Shown: positions 43,624-53,540 of the stretch, piece by piece | Layout of the letters: every line of letters starts with the position of its first letter | Position numbering within the stretch: the stretch's first letter is position 1 | Assembly (NCBI GenBank): GCA_963796055.1 | Contig: CAWCKH010000001.1 | Coordinates: 256,001-320,000 of the forward strand | DNA from: an uncultured delta proteobacterium | GTDB lineage: Bacteria > Myxococcota > Myxococcia > Myxococcales > Myxococcaceae | Direction: 5' to 3' | Length of the DNA: 64,000 nt | Program-made: the position numbers and the translations under genes | The notes under the pieces: model-generated | Databases searched by the model: none | What the model was told of the DNA's origin: nothing | Seen by the model: the letters and a program-made list of their open reading frames with translations, nothing else

Positions 43624-44366
43624 ACGCGCGCCTCCTCCGGGCCCTGGTGGTCGACGACGAGCCGCTGGCCCGCCAAACCCTCCGGGCGTTGCTCGAGCGA
43701 GAGCGCGACGTGGAGGTGCTCGGCGAGTGCGGTGACGGGCCGAGCGCTGCCGAGGCGGTGCGCGCCGGACGGCCCGACCTCCTGTTCCTCGACGTGCAGA
43801 TGCCGGAGCTCGATGGGTTCGGGGTGCTCCGCGCGGTCCGCGACGTCCAGGTACCGGCGGTGGTCTTCGTCACCGCCTACGGAGAGCACGCCGTCCAGGC
43901 CTTCGACGAGGAGGCGACGGACTACCTGGTGAAGCCCTTCGACGACGAGCGCTTCGGCCGCGCGCTCGACCGCGCCAGGGCTCGCGTCGAGGCCACGCGT
44001 CGAGAGATCGCGCCTCCGGAGGGCCCGGGTCGCTGGCTGGAGCGCTTCGCCGTCGAGTGCGGGGGCCGGATCTCCATCGTGCCCGTGGACACCGTCCAGT
44101 GGATCGAGGCGCAGGACTACTACGTGCAGATCCACGCCGACGGGAAGGAGCACCTCCTCCGCGAGTCGCTCCAGAACCTCGAGACCCGGCTGGATCCGCG
44201 GCGCTTCGCGCGCGTCCATCGCTCGGCCATCGTCAACGTCGGCTGCGTGAAGCAGCTCAGGCGGCGCACCCATGGCGAGTACGCGCTGGTGCTCGAGGAC
44301 GGGACCGAGCTGAGGCTGAGCCGGACGCACCGGGACCAGCTGCAGCTGCTCCTCGGGATCTGCTGA
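43620..44366 (+). CDS. LytTR-family response regulator
   Basis: VVDDEPLAR, LFLDVQMP, DYLVKPF, FARVHRSAIVN; GTGA overlap with the kinase. Confidence 0.92.
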   Translation: MNARLLRALVVDDEPLARQTLRALLERERDVEVLGECGDGPSAAEAVRAGRPDLLFLDVQMPELDGFGVLRAVRDVQVPAVVFVTAYGEHAVQAFDEEATDYLVKPFDDERFGRALDRARARVEATRREIAPPEGPGRWLERFAVECGGRISIVPVDTVQWIEAQDYYVQIHADGKEHLLRESLQNLETRLDPRRFARVHRSAIVNVGCVKQLRRRTHGEYALVLEDGTELRLSRTHRDQLQLLLGIC

Positions 44367-44657
44367 CCGCGCCTCTGCAGAGCCCGAGCAAGTACCTCAC
44401 CGTCCGGGCGCGCCAGCCGGACGGCACGTGGAAGTACATCCTCGACGGCAGCAACAGCCGACCGCCCACCCTCCCCCGAGCTGGGCAGGCCGTCGTCGAC
44501 GGGCCCGGCGGGGAAGTCCGATCAGTCGGGGTTCTCCGATGCCCATCGTCTGACAGGCGACGGAGGCGCAGCGAGTCGTGTCAGACCCAGTGAACATCCT
44601 TGCGGTCGACGGGGCCGACGCGGGCTCGGCTGAAACTGTGTGAGCGCAACCTTGCGC

Positions 44658-45155
44658 TCACGGAGGACAGGTTCCGGAACAACTGTAAACACCAGCGTCA
44701 GCGTTACAGACGGTCGCTGCCTCGAGCTGTCCACAGGCGACCGTGCAGGTGCCGTTGTGGCAGTCGGCCAGGCAGGTCTGTAATGGAGTGCAGCTCATCG
44801 AGCAGTCGACCTTCTCGCCGTTGGGCACGCAGGTCAGCTGGCAGAGGCCGGGATCGCACGTGGGCGTGCATGTCTGGCCGGAGCGCTCGCAACTGAAGCT
44901 GCAGCTCGTCCCCGAGCAGCTCGTCGTACATTCCTCGAGCTGCGTGCACCCGGCGCGGCAGAGCTGCGAGCCACACACCGGACTGCAGTCGACACCGGTT
45001 CCCGGGCAGATGGGCGTGCCCGCGTCGGGGCCGGCGTCCGGTCCGCCGTCGGCGCCTCCATCCACCCCGGCGTTCTGGCCCACCACCTCGTCCACCGTGC
45101 AGGCCACCGCCAGACCGAGGACGACCGCGGAGAGAACAGCTGCCCGCGCCGTCAC
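44658..45155 (-). CDS. Cysteine-rich lipoprotein
   Basis: LAVAC lipobox, DGG/DAG linker, then about 20 Cys in CxxxC repeats. Confidence 0.7.
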   Translation of the reverse strand: MTARAAVLSAVVLGLAVACTVDEVVGQNAGVDGGADGGPDAGPDAGTPICPGTGVDCSPVCGSQLCRAGCTQLEECTTSCSGTSCSFSCERSGQTCTPTCDPGLCQLTCVPNGEKVDCSMSCTPLQTCLADCHNGTCTVACGQLEAATVCNADAGVYSCSGTCPP

Positions 45156-45898
45156 CGGTGTTCCCGCAGCGCGGCGTCGATGCCGGGGAGCTGGATGCTG
45201 CGCGGATGCGCCTTCCGGAAACGCACGGCCCGCGCCCGGGCCTCGGACTCACGACCCTCGCGCACCAGGAGGCGGATGATCAGCGCTTCGCGCTCCTCCA
45301 CCAGATGCCCCGTGGGGAACTGCGCGGCGTGCCGGTCGAGCAGCCCCGCGGCCTCGCGGAGCTGGCCCCGGACGATGTCCTGCCGTGCCCGGTCCAGCAA
45401 GGTGCGCTCCTCGCCGAGGGTGTCCGGGGGGGCCTCGGGCTGCGCCTCGGGGGCCGGTGGCTCGATGGTCGGCGGCGCCACGGGCCGGGCAATCGGCGTA
45501 GGGGCCGGGACGGGCGCCGTGGTCGCCGCGCGGCTCTTCGCTCGCTCGGAGCGGACCTCGATGTAGGCCGCCGTGCCTCCGCCGACTCCCACTGCGGCGG
45601 CCACGCCGAGCACCAGCACCTTCTTCGCCAGCAAGGTGCCGGCGAGCCCAGTCGCCGCTGCACCCGTCCCGCCCACACCCCCGGTTCCGCCCGCCGTCCC
45701 TGCGGCGGCAACGCCCGCGGCGGCGGCAGTCGAGGTCCCGGCGGCGGCGGCGAGGAAGCCTGCACCCAGCCCGAGCGTCAGGGCCACGCGCCGCTGCACC
45801 CGCTCCCTTGCGCCATCGGGCGGTGCGAGCGCGGCGGCGTCCTCGCGCTCGAGGTCGGCCCATCCGGCGGGGAGCTCCGGGATCAGCCGCTCGCTCAC
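45152..45898 (-). CDS. Putative single-pass anti-sigma factor with a C-terminal TPR-like domain
   Basis: GTG start overlaps the sigma stop; Ala/Gly linker, TM segment, Pro-rich linker, EERTLLDRAR...FPTGHLVEERE. Confidence 0.6.
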   Translation of the reverse strand: MSERLIPELPAGWADLEREDAAALAPPDGARERVQRRVALTLGLGAGFLAAAAGTSTAAAAGVAAAGTAGGTGGVGGTGAAATGLAGTLLAKKVLVLGVAAAVGVGGGTAAYIEVRSERAKSRAATTAPVPAPTPIARPVAPPTIEPPAPEAQPEAPPDTLGEERTLLDRARQDIVRGQLREAAGLLDRHAAQFPTGHLVEEREALIIRLLVREGRESEARARAVRFRKAHPRSIQLPGIDAALREHR

Positions 45899-46443
45899 GG
45901 CCCACCTCGCAGCGCCGCGGTGATCTTCGCCCGGCCGAGCCGGAGCCGCGAGTACACGGTGTTCAGCGGGACGTCGAGCGAGGTGGCAATCTCCGGGACC
46001 GGGATCCCGTTCAGGTCGTGCATCACCACCACCACGCGCTGGTCGATGTCGAGCTGCGCCAGCGCCGCCTGCAACCGGCTGCGGGCCTGCTGCGAGGCAA
46101 CCATGTCGTCCGGCGACCGTGCGTCGTCCGCGCGTTCCGGCACGGGCTCGGCCACAGTCACCTCCAGCCGGTGCCGCCGGCGCCACTGCGCGGCGATGCG
46201 GAAGGCGATGCCCAGGAGCCAGGGGCGGAGCGGGCGCGACGCGTCATACGTGCCATAGCGGCGGTGGGCCACCACGAACACGTCATGGACCGCATCCTCC
46301 ACATCTGCCTCCGGTACCCCGAGTCGTCTCAAGTAGAGCCAGACCGCCTCGAACTCCGCGTCGTAAGCTGCGGCGAAGGCCGCGTCGTCGGGGACGGTGG
46401 CCGCGGGGGCCAGGGAGGCGGCGGACTGCACTCCCTCATTCAT
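45895..46443 (-). CDS. ECF RNA polymerase sigma factor
   Basis: DVEDAVHDVF, LRPWLLGIA, EIA.SL.VPLNTVYSRLRLGR. Confidence 0.9.
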   Translation of the reverse strand: MNEGVQSAASLAPAATVPDDAAFAAAYDAEFEAVWLYLRRLGVPEADVEDAVHDVFVVAHRRYGTYDASRPLRPWLLGIAFRIAAQWRRRHRLEVTVAEPVPERADDARSPDDMVASQQARSRLQAALAQLDIDQRVVVVMHDLNGIPVPEIATSLDVPLNTVYSRLRLGRAKITAALRGGP

Positions 46444-46471
46444 TGTCGGGGTCGAAGCCGATCCGTCACCG

Positions 46472-47806
46472 TCAGAAGCTTCCAAAGAGGCCTCCCCCCA
46501 CCCACACCGAGATCGGCGGGACGGCCCATGCCTCCTGGGAATCCACGAGGAACCGCGGACGGACCACGTTCACCGCGCCATCGAGGTGCAGCCGCAGACC
46601 CACTGGGTCAGCGAAGAGCCACTCCCACTGTCCCCGGGCACCCACGGAGACCATCCAGGCGCTCACCTCCTGGGAGCGACTGTACCCCTCTCCCTTTCCG
46701 CTGACCGGGCCGGCCTGGGTGAGCCCACAGGCGGCCCAGCTACCGAACCGCGCGCAGCCCACCAGGGCGCCGCTCACCAGCGAGGTGGAGATGGAGCCCG
46801 TGCCGAACGCCAGGCTCGTTCCCGGGAGCCATCGGCCCTCGAGCTCGACGGACGCGGTGCTCGAGGCCGCGCCGGCGTGCACCAGGACTCCGCCTGCGAT
46901 GCCGGGGAGGACCCCGCCAGCGCCCACCGCACCGACGCCGACCACCGGTCGCCAGCCGGTCCGTGGTGCAGGCGCGGCCGCGGCAACAGCGGGTTCGGCC
47001 AGAGCCTCGGGCACGGCGGCGTCCCCGGCGGGCGCCAGGACGATCCCGGCGTCCGGTGCTCCTGCGCCCGCGTCGGCGAGGGCCAGACCCGCATCGGGAG
47101 CCATCGTCCCGGCATCGCGGAGCGCGGGCCCCGCGTCGGGCGGCGGGAGTCCCGCGTCCCGAACGGCCGGAAGGCGCCCGGCGTCCGGCCCGGAGGCGAG
47201 CGCCAGGGGGACCAGGCCGAGGGACGCGAGCGGTCCGCCATCGGGCAGCAGCCCCCTCCGGGCCGCGGAGCTCTCCCGCGGGGCGGCGCTGACGCCCGGC
47301 GTGGAGGTGAACACCGGCGGCGACGTGGTGCCGGGCGACGCGGACGCGGTGGACGGGGTCCTGGGCGGAGGCGGAGGCGCGGGTGCCCTGGGCGGAGGCG
47401 CGGGGGGCGGCGGCGGGGCGAGCGGATCGATGGCCAGCGCGATGGCCAGGGCGACCGCGCTCCCGAGCTCCTCGCACCCAGGACCGGCGGCCGAGAGCTC
47501 ACGCACCCCGAGCACGCGGCCGGAGCGGGTGTCCAGGAGCTGCACGCGCGCGGCGATGTCGGTGCCCTCGCCCCGGAGCACGCAGCGGACGGTGCGCGGC
47601 GCCTTCCGGGTGAAGGGACGCTGGTGGAGGATCTCCGAGACCTGCGCCTCGAGCGCGCGCCTCGTCGGACACCGCTCGGCTCCAGGCAGGCGCCGATAGG
47701 CGAGAGCCACGCGGGGGGGCGGCTTCCGGACGCGTGCACTCACGGTCGCCGCGCCGGTCAGCGCGAGACAGAGTCCACAGAGCAGCGGGCTCGCCCGGCG
47801 ATACAT
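46472..47806 (-). CDS. Secreted protein with a Pro/DAG-rich linker and a probable C-terminal beta-barrel
   Basis: Signal peptide; repeated DAG motifs; alternating beta strands ending in F. Confidence 0.6.
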   Translation of the reverse strand: MYRRASPLLCGLCLALTGAATVSARVRKPPPRVALAYRRLPGAERCPTRRALEAQVSEILHQRPFTRKAPRTVRCVLRGEGTDIAARVQLLDTRSGRVLGVRELSAAGPGCEELGSAVALAIALAIDPLAPPPPPAPPPRAPAPPPPPRTPSTASASPGTTSPPVFTSTPGVSAAPRESSAARRGLLPDGGPLASLGLVPLALASGPDAGRLPAVRDAGLPPPDAGPALRDAGTMAPDAGLALADAGAGAPDAGIVLAPAGDAAVPEALAEPAVAAAAPAPRTGWRPVVGVGAVGAGGVLPGIAGGVLVHAGAASSTASVELEGRWLPGTSLAFGTGSISTSLVSGALVGCARFGSWAACGLTQAGPVSGKGEGYSRSQEVSAWMVSVGARGQWEWLFADPVGLRLHLDGAVNVVRPRFLVDSQEAWAVPPISVWVGGGLFGSF

Positions 47807-47920
47807 CGGCGAGGCATCCTGCCGACTCGGCGGGCGTCAGGCGAGAAAACAGAGGACGGCCCGGGCATGCGACCGCGCCCCCGGACTCCGGCCCACAAGC
47901 GTGCGTGGCGTGCACCGCGC

Positions 47921-48958
47921 TCAGGGCGGGAGGGTGATCCTCCCGGGCGCGTTGCTGGTCCCGCTCTGGGTGTGGCAGCTGTTGCAGTCGCCGGTGGAGA
48001 CGGCCGTCCCCATCGACCGCGTCTTCCCGTTGAAGGTCACCCGGGCGGTGATGGGGAAGGTGAGCTGGGCGGAGCCGTGGAAATTGCCGGACACGCTGCT
48101 GGCGGTGAACGTTGCCGTCACACCGTTCACGTCGGTGACCATCACCACCGCCCCGCCGGCCGCGCTTCCGTTGCAGTCGTCCGGCTCGTGCCCGGTGGGG
48201 AAGACGGTCCCGCCGACGTTGAAGCTCGGGCCCCCCTGCTGTCTGTGGCAGACGATGCACGGGTGGCCCGGCTCCATGTCGGAGCTCCCTCGCGTCCCGC
48301 CGGTCCAGTGCGAGTTGCTGGTGCACACCGGCGCGGCGTCGAGGGGGTCCGGCGGTGGAGGAGGTCCGGCGTCCGGCGGCGGCGGTGGAACCCCACCGTC
48401 CGTGGCGCAGGTCCCCGCAGGCATGCCGGCATTGACCCAGGCCTGGAAGGCGGTGAGGTCCGCGGCGGGCACCGCGGCGTTCGGCGGCGGTGGCATCGGC
48501 GAGGTCGACGACTGCATCCGCACCACCGACCTCGCTCCATTGTTCTGCGATGGGTACCCGGGCGCGGCCGCGAGCAGCGCGGCGGGCGTGGCGAGGGACT
48601 GGGGGGCGCCACCGGCCGGAGTCGCCCCGTGGCAGCTCCAGCAATGCACGCTCAGCACGTCGTACGCCGCACAGGGGAACTCGGACGAGAGCACCACGCC
48701 GCCATCCGGTGCCGAGCCACCCGTCCCACCATCCTGACCCGGAGGGGTGCTTCCACCGTCTTGACCCGAGCCCGCGCCCGGAGCGCCGCCGCCCTGGGTG
48801 CCAGCGGGAACGCCACCGGTCGGCCCCGACCCCCCTCCGGGGGTGATGGTGCCGTCGCAGCCACCGAGCCCGGCGGCGAGCGTGACCGCGAAGAGGAGTC
48901 CCAGCGCACATCTGCTTCCGAGCGCGCGCGCACCCACCACACCCTGTCGTCCGTGCAC
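47921..48958 (-). CDS. Triheme c-type cytochrome lipoprotein
   Basis: LGGC lipobox; CWSCH, CIVCH, CNSCH. Confidence 0.8.
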   Translation of the reverse strand: MHGRQGVVGARALGSRCALGLLFAVTLAAGLGGCDGTITPGGGSGPTGGVPAGTQGGGAPGAGSGQDGGSTPPGQDGGTGGSAPDGGVVLSSEFPCAAYDVLSVHCWSCHGATPAGGAPQSLATPAALLAAAPGYPSQNNGARSVVRMQSSTSPMPPPPNAAVPAADLTAFQAWVNAGMPAGTCATDGGVPPPPPDAGPPPPPDPLDAAPVCTSNSHWTGGTRGSSDMEPGHPCIVCHRQQGGPSFNVGGTVFPTGHEPDDCNGSAAGGAVVMVTDVNGVTATFTASSVSGNFHGSAQLTFPITARVTFNGKTRSMGTAVSTGDCNSCHTQSGTSNAPGRITLPP

Positions 48959-49138
48959 CGTCCTGCCTCCGCTCGCGCCGTTCGAGCAGACTCCCGCCCG
49001 TCCATTGCGTGCGCGGCTCGCTCTCCGTCACGGTCGACGGACACAGCGACGGAAACGGCAGGTGCGAGGAACTGCGCTCTTCTGCGCACCTCGGCTCGCG
49101 CGAGGGCTAGTCTCGGGCTCGCCCACCAGGGAGGGCGC

Positions 49139-49492
49139 ATGCGCCATTCGGTCCGATTTCCCTTCGCCGCGACGCTATTGCTGGTCGGCTGTCAGCATGA
49201 CGCCGGGGTGACGCGGCTGGCAACCGCGCCGCCGAAGCCCGCGGGCTGCCAGCTCCAGCTCTTCGCCACTGAGGCCGAGGTGAACCGCCCGTTCGAGGCA
49301 GTGTGCCTCGTCGACACGGCCTTCCTCGCCACCATGCGCCGACCGAGCAGCGTGGCGGAGGTTCCCGAGACCGCGCGCACGCAGGCCTGTCAGTGCGGAG
49401 GCGATGCACTGATCATCACCGGGCCCGCGGATGCAGGCGCCCCCGAGGGCAATGCCTCGGTGGTGAAGGTCATCCGGTTCACCGGCCCATGA
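49139..49492 (+). CDS. Small lipoprotein
   Basis: MRHSVRFPFAATLLLVGC; ACQCGGDALII; GGAGG RBS. Confidence 0.6.
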   Translation: MRHSVRFPFAATLLLVGCQHDAGVTRLATAPPKPAGCQLQLFATEAEVNRPFEAVCLVDTAFLATMRRPSSVAEVPETARTQACQCGGDALIITGPADAGAPEGNASVVKVIRFTGP

Positions 49493-49514
49493 GTCGTCGC
49501 CGTGGAGACCGCGC

Positions 49515-51134
49515 CTAGCGCGCCTGAACGACCCCGTCCAGATGCGTGGAATGTCCGGACGCATCCACCTTGATCGCCCCGCCCGAGGTGACGGAATCCG
49601 GGTGACAGCCAGCGCACTGGGTGATGCTGGTCACGCCATCGTGGTGGTGCTTGCCAGGAATCTGCGTCGGAATCCCATGGCAGCTGCCACAGGCCGCCTG
49701 TCCCGGTCCGCCGTTCCACACCGGCCTTCGATTCACGCTGGCCGACGTGTCCTGTGACAGGCGCGCGCCCGAGCCGTGGCAGTACGCGGTGCAGGTCGCA
49801 GTGGTGGGGTCGTAGGAGGCCGTGGCGCCATCCGCCACCGCCAGCGTCCCCGCCCCCGGCGGGAAGACCTCCGCGGGCGGACCGGTGTCGATGTGACCCG
49901 GGCTGTCGAGCTGCGTGGGCACGTGGTGGCACTCCCCGCAGGCCACCGGAGCGGAGACCTTGTGCAGCGCGCTCAGGTGATCGCGGTGGGCTCCCACGGT
50001 CTGGAGCGCAGGGTCCGACCGGCCGAGCAGATCCACCGGGGGCGCCGGGCTGTCGCCGCTCCCATGGCAGCCCACGCAGCTCCCGGGCGGTGCGGCCACG
50101 TCGATCTGCCCGTTGGCATGCAGCACGGAGCGTGGTTCCCCGTCGATGAAGGTGCCGTGGTGGCAGGCTTCGCAGCGCGGATACGGTGAATGCCCCGCCG
50201 GAGGATAGCCGTGACAGCTGCCGCAAGGCGCCTGATCCTGCCCCACCTTGGTCCAGACCGGATTGATCAGGTTGGCATTGGCGTCCTCGAAGGGGGCATG
50301 GCAGTAGCTGTTGGTGCAGCTGGCGGCCGTCCGGTCCCAGGAGAAGGTGCCCGCGAAGCCGCTCTTGCTGATCACCGGTGCTGGCCCGGTGAGGAGCCTG
50401 CCTCCCGACTGATAGTGGCCCTCGTCTCCGGGCTTGGTGGGGGTCTTGTGACACACCTCGCAGGAGAAGCCGGTGTGCAGCGGGCCGTCCATGACGTGCG
50501 ACTGATGCGCACCCACCGTCACCAGCGAGGTGGCGGAGTTGTAGTCCAGGTTCCTGGGGGGAGCCGCGTTCGCCTCGCTGCCATGGCAGGTGTTGCACGC
50601 CATCACTCCGGAGGCGTGGCAACTCTGGCAGGCGACGCCGGCGCTGCCCCCGCTCAGGTCCTCCCCGTGGCATGCCTGGCAGCTGCTCAGGTCGTAAACG
50701 GCCTGTCGCAGCACGCGACCGTGGAACTGGTCCGTGTTTCCGGGGTCCATCCAGCCATTGATGTGCGTGGTGTAGGGCTTGGGCTTGAGGGCGCACCCGA
50801 CCACCCAGGTCTGGAGCTCGGTGATCTCGGCCTGGGCGATCGCCGTATGCCCCCCGGGCAGCGTCCCCCGCGCCGCCTGGAGCAGCGGCGAGTTGTCGTC
50901 TCCGGCCCGCACGCGCGGCGTCCCGTCGGGGCGGCGGGCGATGGCGGCCTGGTAGCTGTCCACGCGGTAGTCGGCCTCGGCCCTGGCCGCGGAGTGGCAG
51001 GACGCGCAGCGCGACTGAAGCAGCGGCCCCACGCCCTGGGCATAGCTGTCATCGCACTGGGCCTGTCCCAGGTTCTGGGAACGCCCCTCGCACGCCGCCA
51101 GCGCCAGCAGCGCCCCGAGCAGCGCGACCCGCAT
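49515..51134 (-). CDS. 13-heme lipoprotein cytochrome with CxxxxCH/CxxCH (Geobacter-type) motifs
   Basis: LAAC lipobox; 11 CxxCH plus CTNSYCH and CTAYCH. Confidence 0.85.
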   Translation of the reverse strand: MRVALLGALLALAACEGRSQNLGQAQCDDSYAQGVGPLLQSRCASCHSAARAEADYRVDSYQAAIARRPDGTPRVRAGDDNSPLLQAARGTLPGGHTAIAQAEITELQTWVVGCALKPKPYTTHINGWMDPGNTDQFHGRVLRQAVYDLSSCQACHGEDLSGGSAGVACQSCHASGVMACNTCHGSEANAAPPRNLDYNSATSLVTVGAHQSHVMDGPLHTGFSCEVCHKTPTKPGDEGHYQSGGRLLTGPAPVISKSGFAGTFSWDRTAASCTNSYCHAPFEDANANLINPVWTKVGQDQAPCGSCHGYPPAGHSPYPRCEACHHGTFIDGEPRSVLHANGQIDVAAPPGSCVGCHGSGDSPAPPVDLLGRSDPALQTVGAHRDHLSALHKVSAPVACGECHHVPTQLDSPGHIDTGPPAEVFPPGAGTLAVADGATASYDPTTATCTAYCHGSGARLSQDTSASVNRRPVWNGGPGQAACGSCHGIPTQIPGKHHHDGVTSITQCAGCHPDSVTSGGAIKVDASGHSTHLDGVVQAR

Positions 51135-51148
51135 TGGCGCAGAACCGT

Positions 51149-52210
51149 CTAGTGGTGACATGTCAGGCACATGGAGTTGCGGTTGATTTCCGAGGCGGGG
51201 TGCTTGGTCGTGAAGCCCGGTGGGTGCGGGTCGCCGCCGGGGCCGCCCACGCGATGGCAGCTCACGCAGTTGGACGCGGCACCCTGCTCATGGCAGGCGG
51301 CGCAGCTCACGATGTCCCGCCGCGCGGCCGAGCCGTGGAAGCTCGGGCTCCCGGTGGTGAGCCAGCCGGCCGGGTGCGGGTTGAGCGGGTTGTCCGAGTC
51401 GGGCGTCAGCCGCTGCTTCTTGTGGCAGTCCGAGCAGAAGCTGACCGGGTGGCACTTCTGGCAGGCTGCCTCGTTCCCCCGCGCCTCGATCGAGTGACGG
51501 GTGAGGAAGTCGCCCCAGTGGATGAAGTTTCGGTCCGGTCGGTCCGGGAGGACCTCCTCGACCCGCATCGGACGGGTCCTGGCGGCGTGGCAGTCCGCGC
51601 AGAACTGCTGCTGGTGACAGGTGTCACACGCCGCCGAGGTCGACCGGGCGATGGACGGATGGAGGCGAGTGAAGTTCCCCTGGTGGCTGAAGACGGTGGT
51701 GGGCCTGAGCGGAAAGTGGGTCAGGTCCAGGTGGCAGGCGTAGCACTGGCCGGCCTTGAACTGATCATCGTGGTTGTGGCACGCCAGACAGGTCTTCATC
51801 GGTGGGACCGGCTTGTCCAGCTGGCCGCGGGCCGGAAGCGCGAGGTGGCAGACCTCGCACTTCTCGTCCTTCTCCAGATGCTTGGCGTGGTTCATGATCA
51901 GGTACGGCGGCTTGCTGGCGTAGGTGTGCGGCTTGTCCGCGTCCAGGTGGCACATCCCGCACTTGCCCTCTTCCTTCTCCTTCTTGTGGCAGCCGAGGCA
52001 GGTCTTCTCCTTCGGGAAGGCGCCGGGTTGCCCCAGGGCGGTCTGGTCGAAGATGGTCTCGTGGCAGGTGAGACACTCCAGCCCGGCCTTCTTGTGGCCG
52101 GCATGGTTGGGATCGATCGTGAGCGGCTCGCCGGCGTTCGCGGACCAGACCCCGCCCAGAAGCAGAATGGCGACCAGCGGACCGCGCGCGCGGAATGGTC
52201 GCCGGATCAT
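51149..52210 (-). CDS. 13-heme periplasmic cytochrome c (c3/c7-like)
   Basis: Signal peptide from ATG 52210; 13 CxxCH in about 353 aa. Confidence 0.88.
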   Translation of the reverse strand: MIRRPFRARGPLVAILLLGGVWSANAGEPLTIDPNHAGHKKAGLECLTCHETIFDQTALGQPGAFPKEKTCLGCHKKEKEEGKCGMCHLDADKPHTYASKPPYLIMNHAKHLEKDEKCEVCHLALPARGQLDKPVPPMKTCLACHNHDDQFKAGQCYACHLDLTHFPLRPTTVFSHQGNFTRLHPSIARSTSAACDTCHQQQFCADCHAARTRPMRVEEVLPDRPDRNFIHWGDFLTRHSIEARGNEAACQKCHPVSFCSDCHKKQRLTPDSDNPLNPHPAGWLTTGSPSFHGSAARRDIVSCAACHEQGAASNCVSCHRVGGPGGDPHPPGFTTKHPASEINRNSMCLTCHH

Positions 52211-53490
52211 CGAGCGGTTCCCTTCTGCTGGAGCGTCGAGAAGTTGTATCCGATGCGGGCGGTGGCCGTGTACGCGGTCTGGAAGAAGGGAGTGGATCCC
52301 ACCGAGCCGCTCAGCATGGCGCTCCACCCCGAGCCGATCGCCCAGGTCGCGCTGCCGGTTCCCACGATGGACTCGGTCTTGGTGTTGACCGCATCCTTGA
52401 GCAGCGTTCCCTCCACGTCGGCGCTCAACCTGATCCGCTCGGTCAAGGCGTGGGAGAACCACGCGCGCAGGTCGGTCACCCCGTTGGCCGGGACGTAGAG
52501 GAACCGCGCATTCACCCCAACGGTCGACTTGCGCGCGAGCCGGTAGGTGGCCCGGAGCTCGGCCTCGTCGCCGTGCCCGCTGTCCACCCACAGCCGCTGG
52601 TACTCGCCGTAGAGCCCGAGTCGCCGGGTTGCCTGCCAGAACACGCCTCCTCCCACTGCGTCGCGGTTGGTGTTCGCGAACACGCTGAAGATGGAGGTCA
52701 TGGGGAGGAACAGGTCCGCCTCGGAGTGCTGTCCCCGGGCGAAGACCTCGAGGCTGGGGAGGATCTGCCAGTGGACCTGGAGATCCGCGTCCGCGAAGCG
52801 GGATTGCTGCAGGCTCAGGATGCCCGAGGCGCTCGCCGAGAGGTTGGAGAGGATTGCCCAGCGTCCATCCAGCCCCAGGTCCTGCCTGGAGAGGACGCCG
52901 TCGCTCAGGATCTCGAGGAAGGAGACTCCCACCTCGCTCCCGTACGAGGGTCTCCAGAAGGCTCTCCCTCCGAAGGCGAACTCACCGACCGGATAAGTGA
53001 AGCGAGAGACCGTGGGGGCACCGGCGTAGCCCGTGACTCCGAAGCCCTTGCCGATCATGCCCGTGGCGTTCACCCCATCCAGCTGGAGGACGCGCGCCGC
53101 CCCGCCGGAAACGAGCTGCCGGCCGACGGTGAGACTGAGATGCCGGTGGAACAGCGCCCCCTGGATGTAGAGGAGATCGATGTCGCCGGTGGTGCCGGTA
53201 TAGATGGTGTTCTCCAGCGACGACACCTGTCCCCAGGCGGAGAGCTGGATGTTGAGGTCGTCCACCCCGGACACCTCGATCCCTCGCACCGAGACGCCCA
53301 CCATCTCCGTGCCCCAGAAGCCGGTCCGCGTGTCGCCCGCCTTCCACTCCGGCTTGAGCCGCAGCATCGTGGTCGAGCTGGCGTCGACGACCTCGGCCGC
53401 TGCCACCGGCGTCGAGGCGGTCAGGATCAGCGCAAGGGCCGCCCACCGCGACCCAGCCCCAGCGATGTAACCGAAGATCTCCCGGTTCAT
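52207..53490 (-). CDS. Outer-membrane beta-barrel (porin of a porin-cytochrome conduit)
   Basis: Signal peptide; amphipathic strands, VGRQ, near-terminal RIGYNF; coupled by ATGA to the 13-heme gene. Confidence 0.75.
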   Translation of the reverse strand: MNREIFGYIAGAGSRWAALALILTASTPVAAAEVVDASSTTMLRLKPEWKAGDTRTGFWGTEMVGVSVRGIEVSGVDDLNIQLSAWGQVSSLENTIYTGTTGDIDLLYIQGALFHRHLSLTVGRQLVSGGAARVLQLDGVNATGMIGKGFGVTGYAGAPTVSRFTYPVGEFAFGGRAFWRPSYGSEVGVSFLEILSDGVLSRQDLGLDGRWAILSNLSASASGILSLQQSRFADADLQVHWQILPSLEVFARGQHSEADLFLPMTSIFSVFANTNRDAVGGGVFWQATRRLGLYGEYQRLWVDSGHGDEAELRATYRLARKSTVGVNARFLYVPANGVTDLRAWFSHALTERIRLSADVEGTLLKDAVNTKTESIVGTGSATWAIGSGWSAMLSGSVGSTPFFQTAYTATARIGYNFSTLQQKGTAR

Positions 53491-53540
53491 GATCCGGTGG
53501 CGCTCCTGTCGGCTGCGGTCCGAGGGATGGCTTGCTGCGG

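Noticed and set aside
41991..44366. 791-aa ORF as a long response regulator
   Set aside because: Only 43620..44366 is REC-LytTR; the upstream part overlaps two real genes in other frames.
44658..45155. CLADCH in the Cys-rich lipoprotein as a heme site
   Set aside because: A single CxxxCH within a regular Cys repeat; more likely disulfide-bonded, so not counted as a heme.
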